The position numbers and the translations under genes were made by a program. A DNA stretch of 64,000 bases from Spirochaetota bacterium (GTDB lineage: Bacteria; Spirochaetota; UBA4802; UBA5550). Below, in pieces: positions 52,639 through 62,301 of this stretch (position 1 is its first letter; every line of letters begins with the position of its first letter). Location of the stretch: NCBI GenBank assembly GCA_016928865.1, contig JAFGJX010000069.1, positions 124,913-188,912 of the forward strand, written 5' to 3'. Below the pieces are notes generated by a model. The model was not told the DNA's origin, did no database searches, and worked only from the letters and a program-made list of their open reading frames with translations.

Positions 52639-53730
52639 ATGTTTCACCAGAGGCGATTACGAAAGATCGAGGAACAGCGCGAGAAGCTGGATGAGATGGA
52701 GAGAAAGAACAGACAGCTGCGCACTCTCATCGAGATAAACACCTACATAGCCAATTCTCTCGAAAAGGAAGAGGTGCTGAAGCGCATTCTGAACCAGACA
52801 AAAATACTGCTCAACTGCGAATCGAGCAGTATTCTCCTGGTTGATCGCGGGCTGAAGCAGCTCAATTTTTCCGTGCTCAGCAAGGACGAGGAGGGGGACA
52901 TTCTCAAGGACACAAGCCTTCGGATGGGCGAGGGAATTGCCGGGACCGTGTGGCAGAACGGCATACCGATCCTGATCAACGACGCCCAGAACGACCCGCG
53001 TTTCTCGGACCGCGCCGACAAGAAGGCGAAAACCGTAACGCGCTCAATCATTGCCGTGCCTCTTACCGTGAACGGAGAGATAATCGGTGTCATTGAGGCA
53101 ATAAACAAGATACACGGCGGTTTCACGATTTTCGACATGCAGGTACTCCAGTTCGTTTCAACGCAGTCGGCCATCGCCATCAATAACGCCAGTCTCTACA
53201 ATAATGCCATCCGGGACGGCATGACGAAGCTCTATATCAGCAAGTATTTCCGCGAGCGGCTTCAGGAGGAATGGAACCGCTCGAGCAGAAAGGGACACAC
53301 CCTCTCCGTGGTCATTTTTGACATCGATAATTTCAAGGGGATCAACGACACCTACGGGCATCAGGCGGGCGATCGGGTCATAAAGGAAGTTGCGAACGTG
53401 CTCCTGAGAAATTGCAGAAACATTGACATCCCCTGCCGGTACGGCGGCGAGGAGTACACCGTCATTCTCCCGGAAACGGGCCGTGATGAGGCGACCGCCT
53501 TCGCCGAGCGGATCAGGAGCATGGTTGAGGGAGTACGGCTGGAATACGAGGACATCACCATGCGGTTTACCCTGTCCGGCGGCATCGCGACCATCCCGGA
53601 CCTGGACGCAAAGGATCCGAGCAGCCTGATTGAAATGGCCGATATGGCGCTCTATTATTCGAAGAAAAACGGGAGGAACCGGATATCGTTCTATAATCAG
53701 AACGTGATGGGGGCAAGCCCCAGGTCATAG
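52639..53730 (+). CDS. GAF-GGDEF diguanylate cyclase with intact I-site
   Basis: The GAF region is GEGIAGTVWQNGIPILINDAQNDPRF .. IIAVPL. The GGDEF region RNIDIPCRYGGEEYTVIL has RxxD five residues before GGEEY, as in PleD. Confidence 0.9.
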   Translation: MFHQRRLRKIEEQREKLDEMERKNRQLRTLIEINTYIANSLEKEEVLKRILNQTKILLNCESSSILLVDRGLKQLNFSVLSKDEEGDILKDTSLRMGEGIAGTVWQNGIPILINDAQNDPRFSDRADKKAKTVTRSIIAVPLTVNGEIIGVIEAINKIHGGFTIFDMQVLQFVSTQSAIAINNASLYNNAIRDGMTKLYISKYFRERLQEEWNRSSRKGHTLSVVIFDIDNFKGINDTYGHQAGDRVIKEVANVLLRNCRNIDIPCRYGGEEYTVILPETGRDEATAFAERIRSMVEGVRLEYEDITMRFTLSGGIATIPDLDAKDPSSLIEMADMALYYSKKNGRNRISFYNQNVMGASPRS

Positions 53731-53733
53731 ACG

Positions 53734-56130
53734 CTACCTGAGCTGGTAGCCCTTTTTGCCAAGAACGGCGATGACGTTTTTCTGGAGTTTTTCTATCTCT
53801 TCTGTCGAGAGGGTCCGTTCCTTTGAGGCGAAGACTATCTTCATTGAAACGGATTTCTTTCCTTCCGGTATCGGGTTCCCTTCGTACACGGAAACAACCT
53901 CCACCCGCCGGATCATGTCGATTCCGGCGATTTCAATGATCAATGATATATCGCACGCGTAGACCGTGCGGTCTGCGAGCACGCTTACTTCAAAGGGGAC
54001 CTCAGGATATTTCTGGAGCTCCGTAAAAACGGTCTCCTTCTTGCGCGCGGCGTAGAGGACGACCAGATCGATATCGAACAGGGCCGCCGAGCCCGTTATG
54101 TCGAATTCCCGGGACGCTTCAGGATGCAGTTCGAACAGGAACCCGGCTTTCTGTCCGTCAACGATGATTGCCATCGACCTGACAGGATGCGCGTACGGGG
54201 GAAGCGCCCTGTCTTCAGGCACGAGACGGCAGTCGGCGATCTGCAGCTTCTCTGCGAGACCGCGCGCGATCCGCTTTACCTCGTAGAAAAGCGGTGCCGC
54301 GGGCTTTTTCCGGTACACGGCCCCCGTGAGCATGGTCTTTTCCTTTGCCAGCTCGGATGAGAGCCTCTTGTCTTTAATATAGACCCGGCCCAGTTCATAT
54401 ATGGAAAATTCGTCCGAATGCCTGCTGTTGAGGGTGATTGCGTTGACCACGTTCGGGACAAGGCTCCTGCGGAGGCGGTCCTGTTCCTGCGACAGGGGGT
54501 TGCGCAGGCGCAGCTCGGAATCGTTGTTGACACCCAGCTTGTTCAGTGTCTCTTCGCCGACAAATGAGTAGCCGCTTATCTCTATCATGTTATGGTTGCC
54601 CGAGAGGATGGTTTTAACCGAGCGTTCGAAGAGTCTGAAGCTGTTTTTACCCGGCGGCGCGCAGATAACCAGGGGAACATCCGGCGTGATGTTGTCATAT
54701 CCGTAGATGCGGCCCACTTCCTCGACAATGTCCTCCTGGATGGAGATGTCCTTCGTGGAGCGGTAATAGGGTACATCGATTGTAAGATTTCCCTTGTTCT
54801 CCTTCAGCTTGAAGTCAAGCGAGGTTAAAATTGCCGCAATGCGGTCATCGTCGATCCGCTCGCCGAGCCGCTTCCGTATAAAGTCTGCAGTGGTCTTTAC
54901 GGTGACCTGCTTCTGCCTGACGGGGTAGGCATCGATGATGCGTGATACGGCCTCCGCTCCGGGCAGCACCTTCTTGATGAGGGCATAACTGCGCAGGAGC
55001 GCCGGGACAGTGAGCTCGGGGGAGAGTGACTTTTCGAACCTTATGGCGGCCTCGGTGCGGTGACTGTAACGGTTCGCGGTTTTGCGGATGTTGACCGGGT
55101 TGAAATTGGCTGCCTCGAGCACGATCTCGGTGGTCGAGTCCTCGATCTCGCTGTTGCCGCCTCCCATGACGCCCGCCAGGGCGATGGGGCCCTTAGAATC
55201 GGCTATGACGATGTCTTCGTTGATGAGCTCGAAGGTGGAGCCGTCCAGGGTCATGAGGGGCTCGCCGCTGTCAGCGAGCCTGACGATGATCTCGTCGCCG
55301 TTCAGCTTTTTTCGGTCGAAGGCGTGCATCGGCTCCCCGATCTCCGCCATCACGTAGTTGGTGATATCGACGATGTTGTTTATGGGCCGCATGCCGATGG
55401 CCTCTACCATGGCCTTTAGCCAGTCGGGTGATTCCTCGATCTTTATGCCGGCGACCACCAGGCCGCTGTAGCGGGGAGAGGCCTCCGGATTGAGAATGCG
55501 CACCCGGATCGGCTCGGCGTCCTTCAGTTTTTTGAGAAGGCCGTAGTCGATGACGCTGGTGAATTTCCTGTTGAAAATCGCCCCGATCTCGCGAGCAAAG
55601 CCCTCGTGGCTCCACAGGTCGGGACGGTGCGTGATTGACTTGTTGTCGATCTCAAACCTGACGTCGACGCGGTGGGGGAAGAGGTCGCTGAAGGCCGCGC
55701 CGATTTTCGTGTCCGCCGGCAGCACCATGATGCCGGAGTGGTCGTCGCTGAGCCCCAGCTCCCGTTCGGAGCAGAGCATGCCCTCTGATTCCTCCCCGCG
55801 GATCTTCGCTTTCTTGATGGTCATCTCTTCGCCGAACCGGGTGCCCGGCAGGGCGAGCGGCACGATGTCTCCCGTTTTATGGTTGGGGGCGCCGCACACA
55901 ACGCGGTATTTCCTCTCGCCCGCGTCAAGGTCGACAAGGGTGAGCTTGTCGGCGTTCGGATGCCGCCTGACGTCGAGTATCTTCGCTGCGAGGATCGTCC
56001 GAAAGTGATCGTTCACCCTCTCTATTGAATCGATCTCCGCGGTGGACATCGTCAGGCGAAGCGCGATCTCCTCCGGCGCGAGGCCCGCAGTGTCAACCAT
56101 CTGATTCAGTATGTTCAGTGAAAGCCACAT
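53734..56130 (-). CDS. pheT: phenylalanyl-tRNA synthetase beta subunit
   Basis: It is 798 aa. The N-terminal tRNA-binding domain reads AKILDVRRHPNADKLTLVDLDAG. B3/4, B5 and C-terminal FDX-ACB regions are present, and pheS lies directly upstream. Confidence 0.95.
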   Translation of the reverse strand: MWLSLNILNQMVDTAGLAPEEIALRLTMSTAEIDSIERVNDHFRTILAAKILDVRRHPNADKLTLVDLDAGERKYRVVCGAPNHKTGDIVPLALPGTRFGEEMTIKKAKIRGEESEGMLCSERELGLSDDHSGIMVLPADTKIGAAFSDLFPHRVDVRFEIDNKSITHRPDLWSHEGFAREIGAIFNRKFTSVIDYGLLKKLKDAEPIRVRILNPEASPRYSGLVVAGIKIEESPDWLKAMVEAIGMRPINNIVDITNYVMAEIGEPMHAFDRKKLNGDEIIVRLADSGEPLMTLDGSTFELINEDIVIADSKGPIALAGVMGGGNSEIEDSTTEIVLEAANFNPVNIRKTANRYSHRTEAAIRFEKSLSPELTVPALLRSYALIKKVLPGAEAVSRIIDAYPVRQKQVTVKTTADFIRKRLGERIDDDRIAAILTSLDFKLKENKGNLTIDVPYYRSTKDISIQEDIVEEVGRIYGYDNITPDVPLVICAPPGKNSFRLFERSVKTILSGNHNMIEISGYSFVGEETLNKLGVNNDSELRLRNPLSQEQDRLRRSLVPNVVNAITLNSRHSDEFSIYELGRVYIKDKRLSSELAKEKTMLTGAVYRKKPAAPLFYEVKRIARGLAEKLQIADCRLVPEDRALPPYAHPVRSMAIIVDGQKAGFLFELHPEASREFDITGSAALFDIDLVVLYAARKKETVFTELQKYPEVPFEVSVLADRTVYACDISLIIEIAGIDMIRRVEVVSVYEGNPIPEGKKSVSMKIVFASKERTLSTEEIEKLQKNVIAVLGKKGYQLR

Positions 56131-56142
56131 GGAAGCGCTCCG

Positions 56143-57174
56143 TCAGAACTGTTTCAGAAAACGAATATCGCCGCTGAGAAAATGACGGATATCGTTTATG
56201 CCGTATTTCATCATGACAAGCCGGTTCAGGCCGAGCCCGAAGGCGAACCCGGACCATTGACCCGGATCTATGCCACCCATGCGGAGGACGTTGGGATGCA
56301 CCAGGCCGCAGGGGAGGAGCTCAACCCATCCGGACTGCTTGCACACGCTGCATCCATTGCCGCCGCAGATCAGGCAGTTGATGTCGAGCTCGAACCCGGG
56401 CTCAACAAAGGGGAAGTAGCCGGGCCTGAGGCGCACGGAGACATCCCGCTGGAATATCTCTTTTAAAAGCTCTTTCATGACGTAAATGAGGTGCGCCACC
56501 GTAATCTCACGGTCCACCATCATGCCCTCGACCTGGTAAAAGGTGTTTTCATGGGAGGCGTCGGTGCTCTCGTATCGGAAAACCCGGCCGGGCCCCACGA
56601 CCCGGAACGGCGGCTTGACCTTTTCCATGGCCCGCACCTGGATCGCCGAGGTATGGGTCCGTAATAAATTGCCGTCCTCGGTCCAGAAGGTATCCTGCAT
56701 GTCGCGGGCGGGGTGGTGCTTCGGTATGTTGAGCGCCTCGAAGTTGTAGTGATCAGTTTCGGTCTCGGGGCCGTCGTGTATCTCGAAGCCCATTGAGGTG
56801 AATATATCTTCGATTTCGTATTGTATGCGCGAGATGGGATGGAGCCTGCCCAGGCCTTCCCGGGGAACGGGGGGCACGCAGTCAAGAGTCACGTCGATCC
56901 ACTGGCCCCGGATAAGGCTGTCGGCGCCCTCCCTGGTGAGCTCGTCAGTCCTGGTTTCAATCGCAGTTTCAATTTCATTCTTGTACTGGTTGGAGAGCTT
57001 GCCCATCCGGGCCCGTTCTTCGGGGGGTATATTGCCCAGTGAGCGCAGTATCAGGGTGAGGGCCCCCTTTCTGCCGAGGTACTTGATCCGTATCTCCTCA
57101 ATGGTATCAGTGTCGGCTGCGGCCTGTATTGCGGCGAGCGCTTCTTTCCGTATGGTGCCTAGTTCATGTTCCAT
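56143..57174 (-). CDS. pheS: phenylalanyl-tRNA synthetase alpha subunit
   Basis: Class II motifs are present: HPARDMQDTFW, FRVVGPGRVFRYE and GFAFGLGLNRLVM. Confidence 0.95.
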   Translation of the reverse strand: MEHELGTIRKEALAAIQAAADTDTIEEIRIKYLGRKGALTLILRSLGNIPPEERARMGKLSNQYKNEIETAIETRTDELTREGADSLIRGQWIDVTLDCVPPVPREGLGRLHPISRIQYEIEDIFTSMGFEIHDGPETETDHYNFEALNIPKHHPARDMQDTFWTEDGNLLRTHTSAIQVRAMEKVKPPFRVVGPGRVFRYESTDASHENTFYQVEGMMVDREITVAHLIYVMKELLKEIFQRDVSVRLRPGYFPFVEPGFELDINCLICGGNGCSVCKQSGWVELLPCGLVHPNVLRMGGIDPGQWSGFAFGLGLNRLVMMKYGINDIRHFLSGDIRFLKQF

Positions 57175-57282
57175 GTATTTTCACTGCGGTCACTGTGCCG
57201 CGTAATGACCAATAGCGCCAGCGGCAGGTAAAAGTCAAGAAAAATGCGACTATTTATTGTTCTGTACCGTCGGTCAGCGTAA

Positions 57283-58230
57283 TCAGGATCCAGTGGCATT
57301 GATGGCGAGCTTCGCAGCGCCAAACGCCGGTATCTTCAGCGGGTCGCTGATGGCATACAGTATGACATTGTCTTTGAAACCGGGGCACGCGCATTTTTTT
57401 ATGATTCGCTTGACCGTCGGCAGCATGACCCGGTAGGATTGAGAGAGGCCGCCTCCCAGAAAGATCGCTTCAGGGTTGAAAATATTGATAAGATTGACAA
57501 TGCCGATTCCGACGTAGGTCGAGTACTCCTCGAATATAGCCAGGGCCGTTTCATCTTTTTTTATCGCCTCTTCGTACACCAAGAGCGGGGTCAGTTCCTC
57601 CTCCTTTGCCCGCACAGCGACGGAGGAGCCCTTCTGTTTTTTGACGTAGGACTGTGCAAGCTCGACGAGCGCGGGACCGGAGGCGTAGCGCTCCCAGCAG
57701 CCCCTGTTGCCGCAGGGGCATTCCTTCCCGTCCAGGTCGATGGTCATGTGGCCGACCTCCATGGCGTTGCCAGCCTGTCCGGTATAGATCTTGTTGTCGA
57801 TGATGAGGCTGCCGCCGATGCCGGTCCCGAGTGTTATCATGAGCCAGTTGCGGTACTTGCTGACGTTTTCCTTCCACCATGCGCCGAGGATGGCGACGGT
57901 AGCATCGTTCTCAAGAAACACCCTGAGGCCGGTCCGTGTCTCTAGATTTTTTACGATAGGATGATTGTATAACGCCGGTATATTCGGGGCTTTAAGCACA
58001 ATACCCCTCTCCTTGTCGATTGGTCCCGGAGTGCCGATACCCACTCCCTTGATGTCCATTTTTGAAACTGTCGCGGACGTGGCAAGCGTCTCGATGAGCT
58101 GGTAAAGGTCGTCATCGATCTCTTTTGTCGTTTTTTTGGTCTCAATCTCTTTGAAGCTCAGTTCATTCCCGTTGTTGTCCGTGAGTATGCCTTTTGTTTT
58201 TGATCCGCCGATATCAATGCCCACAAACAT
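57283..58230 (-). CDS. glk: ROK-family glucokinase
   Basis: The N-terminal motif is FVGIDIGGSKTKG. The ROK Zn motif is CPCGNRGCWERYAS. Start taken at internal ATG 58230. Confidence 0.85.
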   Translation of the reverse strand: MFVGIDIGGSKTKGILTDNNGNELSFKEIETKKTTKEIDDDLYQLIETLATSATVSKMDIKGVGIGTPGPIDKERGIVLKAPNIPALYNHPIVKNLETRTGLRVFLENDATVAILGAWWKENVSKYRNWLMITLGTGIGGSLIIDNKIYTGQAGNAMEVGHMTIDLDGKECPCGNRGCWERYASGPALVELAQSYVKKQKGSSVAVRAKEEELTPLLVYEEAIKKDETALAIFEEYSTYVGIGIVNLINIFNPEAIFLGGGLSQSYRVMLPTVKRIIKKCACPGFKDNVILYAISDPLKIPAFGAAKLAINATGS

Positions 58231-58419
58231 GATGTGTCTACCCTGCTGTAATATATATATGTTGCCGCAGAAGCTTGCGGCTTTCAAGCCGGCCCGGAAG
58301 GGCTGAACTTTTTTATATTAAAAAAATTTTATTGTCTGGATGTAAAGTAATTTTTTTGAAATGATAGCCTTTTTACAGTGAGTGCGGCATGAGGCTCAGT
58401 CCACATTATAACAGTCATT

Positions 58420-59922
58420 TTATGTATAGATTTCTCTGAATTTTTCAGTCAGATAAGCCATATAGGGCCCAACACGCATCTTTCCGCCGGTAATTGATCG
58501 CACGAGCTCGCTAAAGGTGTATCGTGATCCATGACGGTGTACCTTGTTCCTGAGCCAGCCCAGAAGCGTGATAAAGTTCCCCTTTTCAATGTCGGATGGA
58601 ATGGATGTGACAGTCTGTATGGCCAGCTGAAAAAGCTGGGCTGAAAGGATGTTGCCGATCGTGTAGGTGGGAAAATATCCGATAGCGCCGTGGGCCCAGT
58701 GGATATCCTGGAGACAACCCTGCGCGTCGTCGGGCGGCAGTATGCCGAGATAGTCCCTGTATTTTGTGTTCCACGATTCCGGAATGTCGCTTATGCCCAG
58801 CGTTCCCGAGACAAGCTCTTTTTCAATTTCAAATCTGATGAATATATGCAGGTTGTAGGTCAGCTCGTCGGATTCGACGCGGATAAATCCCGGCGTAACG
58901 CGGTTGATTGCGCGATAAAATGTTTCGAGCCCGATTCCGTCAAGCTGCCCGGCGAACTCTTCCGCGAGGACGGGCAGGTAGCACTTCCAGAACCCCCGGC
59001 TTCGGCCCACGATGTTCTCCCAGAGCCGTGACTGCGATTCGTGTACGCCCAGTGATATGGGCTGGCACAGTGGCGTATTCACCAGGTCCACGGGCAGGCC
59101 CTGATCGTAAAGGGCGTGGCCGGCTTCATGGATCGTGCTGAAAAGCGCCGAGAGGAGATCGTCCTCGTCGAAGCGCGTTGTTATCCGCACGTCATAGGGT
59201 GTGAAGGAGGTGGTGAAGGGATGTGCCGAACGATCCTGTCGCCCCCGCCGGAGATCGTATCCCATGTCGCTCAGCACGCGTAGCCCGAAGCGCTCCTGGC
59301 CGGCAGTGTCGAATTTCTGGCTGAGGAAGCCTGTTTCGGGGATGGTGCCGCTGCCGGTGATCTCGCGTACCAGCGGAACAAGGCCCTGTTTCAATTCTGT
59401 GAAGAGCCGATCGGTCTCCGCGGTCGTGAGGTCCGGCTCGTGCAGGTCGAGCAGGGCGTCATAGGGGTGTCCGTCATAGCCGAGCAGCTCGGCCTGCTCC
59501 CGGTTGATGTCAATTATTTCCGAAAGGACAGGGGCGAACATGCTGAAATCGGCTTTCTTGCGCGCGTTGATCCATATGGTATTGGCACGGGCGGTCGTGC
59601 GGGCCAGGCGGGACACCAGGGTGTCGGGGAGCTTCACCTTCTGCTCATAGGCCCGACGCGCAACCCGGAGCATGCTCGCCTCGTCGGAAAAATAATCGCA
59701 TCCGGCGGTCTCTTTTTCCGCGTCCTCGATGCAGCGGGCGGTCTCCTCGGATACGAGCCACCGGTGTCCCAGCTCGGTAAGCAGGGCGACCTGCTCGGAA
59801 CGTGCATGAACGCCATCTTCCGGCATAAAGGTCTCCATGTCCCAGCTCAGGACCGCATTGGCCTGATCGAGGACGCTTATGCGCGCCCAGTGCTGTTTAA
59901 ACCTGTCGAGGGCAGATGACAT
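58420..59922 (-). CDS. carboxypeptidase Taq-like metallopeptidase (M32)
   Basis: HEAGHALY (HExxH), GVHESQSRLWEN and the 500-aa length fit M32. A GGGAGGAA SD precedes the start. Confidence 0.9.
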   Translation of the reverse strand: MSSALDRFKQHWARISVLDQANAVLSWDMETFMPEDGVHARSEQVALLTELGHRWLVSEETARCIEDAEKETAGCDYFSDEASMLRVARRAYEQKVKLPDTLVSRLARTTARANTIWINARKKADFSMFAPVLSEIIDINREQAELLGYDGHPYDALLDLHEPDLTTAETDRLFTELKQGLVPLVREITGSGTIPETGFLSQKFDTAGQERFGLRVLSDMGYDLRRGRQDRSAHPFTTSFTPYDVRITTRFDEDDLLSALFSTIHEAGHALYDQGLPVDLVNTPLCQPISLGVHESQSRLWENIVGRSRGFWKCYLPVLAEEFAGQLDGIGLETFYRAINRVTPGFIRVESDELTYNLHIFIRFEIEKELVSGTLGISDIPESWNTKYRDYLGILPPDDAQGCLQDIHWAHGAIGYFPTYTIGNILSAQLFQLAIQTVTSIPSDIEKGNFITLLGWLRNKVHRHGSRYTFSELVRSITGGKMRVGPYMAYLTEKFREIYT

Positions 59923-60072
59923 GCCATTCCTCCCTGTAATACCAATGCGGTATATCCCGCTTGAGGCGGTGGTGATGATCTTATTTTGAAATTATTATGT
60001 TTGGATAACCATGCGTAAAAAGCAAGCAACAATTCTGAAGGTCTAATGGCATGATATCAGAAAATTATTTGA

Positions 60073-60175
60073 GGTGCCAGGGACAGCCCCGCTCGTCCGC
60101 CTCGTATAACGTCCTGTTGACTCGGCGGAATCGGCGCCCTCCGTGGCGCCTGCTTGCGGGGCTGTCCCTGGCACC
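60073..60175. repeat. perfect 20-bp inverted repeat enclosing a 63-nt GC-rich insert
   Basis: GGTGCCAGGGACAGCCCCGC (60073-60092) pairs with GCGGGGCTGTCCCTGGCACC (60156-60175). The insert contains sub-hairpins TCCGCC..GGCGGA and GGCGCC-CTCCGT-GGCGCC. It sits in a divergent intergenic region. Confidence 0.8.
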
Positions 60176-60264
60176 CATATGAGTATTATCCTAATTTATT
60201 AAGTTAAGATATGCTGAGATTTAATTGCTTGATAAAATTCTTGAATTATCCATACCTGTCATCC

Positions 60265-61113
60265 ATGAGAAAAATCGATCTGCACACCCACACCACCGCC
60301 TCGGACGGCATATACACGCCCCGGGGTCTGATAGACCTCGCGCGCCAGAACGGGCTCATCGCGCTGGCGATCACCGACCATGACACGGTCGACGGCCTTC
60401 CCGAGGCGATGGAGTATGCCTCGTCGGTGGGGTTTCGCGTTTTCCCGGGCGTCGAATTCAGCATTGAATACGACACCGGCTCGTTTCACCTGATAGGCTT
60501 CAATCTGGATTTCAAAAATCAACGGCTCAGAAATACGGTCAGGGAACTCGCCGAGCACCGGGGAGCCAGGGCATACCGCATCATTGACGACCTTAAAAAG
60601 CACGGCATCGACCTGCCCGTCGAAGAGGTGCTCGCGGCTGCAGCGGGAGGCGCCATGGGGCGGCCGCACGTGGCGCGGGTAATGGTCAACCACGGCTACG
60701 CACCCACCATACGCGATATATTCCAGAAGTATCTGGTGAAGGGTAAGCCGGGGTATGTAAAAAAAGTGCGGATCGAATTCGAGGATGCTGTTTCGGTTAT
60801 AAAGGAATCCGGCGGCATACCGGTTATCGCCCACCCCGTGTCGCTTGAGTGCGCCGACCTCGGTGAGTTTGAATCGCTCTTAAAAGGATTCGTTGCGGCC
60901 GGGGTAGAAGGACTCGAGGCCTACGCCTCGATGCATACCCCGGAGATGGCTGCCGAATATCTTGCCCTTGCGAAAAAGTACGGGCTCCTGGTAACCGGCG
61001 GGAGCGACTTTCACGGCGACAAGGACGAGACGATCGGTAATTACAACAAGGACTGCCCGGTGCCGTTTGAACTGCTCGATGCGCTGGATGCGTATATAGC
61101 CAAAAAGGGATAG
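60265..61113 (+). CDS. PHP-domain phosphoesterase (TrpH/YciV family)
   Basis: The motifs MRKIDLHTHTTASDG, ITDHDT, IAHP and GGSDFHG are present. Confidence 0.85.
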   Translation: MRKIDLHTHTTASDGIYTPRGLIDLARQNGLIALAITDHDTVDGLPEAMEYASSVGFRVFPGVEFSIEYDTGSFHLIGFNLDFKNQRLRNTVRELAEHRGARAYRIIDDLKKHGIDLPVEEVLAAAAGGAMGRPHVARVMVNHGYAPTIRDIFQKYLVKGKPGYVKKVRIEFEDAVSVIKESGGIPVIAHPVSLECADLGEFESLLKGFVAAGVEGLEAYASMHTPEMAAEYLALAKKYGLLVTGGSDFHGDKDETIGNYNKDCPVPFELLDALDAYIAKKG

Positions 61114-61130
61114 AGGTGACGATAACGACC

Positions 61131-61583
61131 ATGCGCATGATTTTATTAATTTTATTCTGTTCGCATGTTGCTGTGGCGGGGGGAAATGATATGAAAGATA
61201 CTTCTGAAACCGCATGCCTTGTCTGCGAGAATTTTCATGTCGTTAAGGATTTTATCCTGCGCCGGATGACCGATGCCCCTTCCCGGGGAATACCCCTTGA
61301 TAGTGGAATCCTCCTCAGGCTGGGGGTTAAAAGAAAAGTCGCTGCTGATGAGTACAATCTGTCATGGCCCAATAAAAATGATCTGGTTCGGGAACCGGAA
61401 GCCGATGTATTTATTGACGTATCAGGGGACAATATCGCATACCATGTCTTCTGTAATGACGGGAAATTGCTCATTGTCCCCATGGTTCATGTCAGGATGT
61501 GGACCGAAAAATTGCGTAAGGAATTCGATGCCCATTTTTGCGCCCTGGCGGCCTCGGTGAAAACTAAGGACCGAAGCAGGTAA
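61131..61583 (+). CDS. hypothetical exported protein
   Basis: The signal-like N-terminus is MRMILLILFCSHVAVAG. No motif is recognised. It follows the PHP gene closely, and the start is uncertain (GTG 61116 / ATG 61131 / 61137). Confidence 0.45.
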   Translation: MRMILLILFCSHVAVAGGNDMKDTSETACLVCENFHVVKDFILRRMTDAPSRGIPLDSGILLRLGVKRKVAADEYNLSWPNKNDLVREPEADVFIDVSGDNIAYHVFCNDGKLLIVPMVHVRMWTEKLRKEFDAHFCALAASVKTKDRSR

Positions 61584-61745
61584 ACTGGAATCTTTATATA
61601 GGAATTCCATCCTTTTCAGCGCAAGCCCAGGTGACTGAATGTGTTTTCCCTGTGCTGAGCCTGTCGAAGCGTCTGCACTTGCTCCCTTGCACATGAGGCC
61701 CCCTCCGGCAGAAGAGCCCCCGGCCATCTCTTATCTATCCAATGC

Positions 61746-62124
61746 ATGTTTTTAGGGAACTGTGATCCAGGGTCCCGCAGGCTTAATCCGAAGATGGTCG
61801 ATGAGGACCCGGTGTATATCGCGAAATCATCCACATGCCGTATTTTACGGCAGTTTAAGCTTCTGAGTGGAATTCTCTATTCCCTGATCTTCATGTTCCT
61901 TGGGTTTTACTGTTTTTTCTCTGCTGGGAATTGATGACGGACATGACGGGTCCATCGGTTGGGATATAGTGCATCATTTTACGGAGACTGAGTGAAAGTC
62001 ATTGAAAAAAAAGTTGATGAATAAAATAATAAACGATATGATGCCGTCATTGGTTGCCTTAAGCCTGTGGATGTCTTTCATGGAAGAGGCCGGTAAGTCA
62101 TACGGAGCGGAGATGGAAACTTAA
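61746..62124 (+). pseudogene. decayed IS3-like (rve integrase) transposase remnant, fragments in three frames
   Basis: Frame a reads ..SRRLNPKMVDEDPVYIAKSSTCRILRQFKLL, resembling the ..YISESSVYRILK..GL HTH segment. Frame b (61865-61966) reads ..CWELMTDMTGPSVGI, resembling NELWxTDxTY at the start of the rve core. A possible third fragment is DMMPSLVALSLWMSF. Stops and frameshifts separate the fragments. Confidence 0.4.
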
Positions 62125-62301
62125 GCAGGCCAGGCAAAAAAGAAATGAAATAAATTCTGAATTGATTTTCATGTCTCTGGAGGATTTTCCTGCTTGAATC
62201 AATAATCATGCGGTTAAATTCCCTGTTGGGTAATGCGATAAAATCTACGGAATTAATAATTTAACATAAACCTGTATTGAAATTATTGATTTAACCATAA
62301 T

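Noticed and set aside
62017-62124. 35-aa ORF (MNKIINDMMPSLVALSLWMSFMEEAGKSYGAEMET) as a small protein gene
   Set aside because: It has no SD. It lies within the region of transposase-like fragments and is more likely a piece of the decayed IS.
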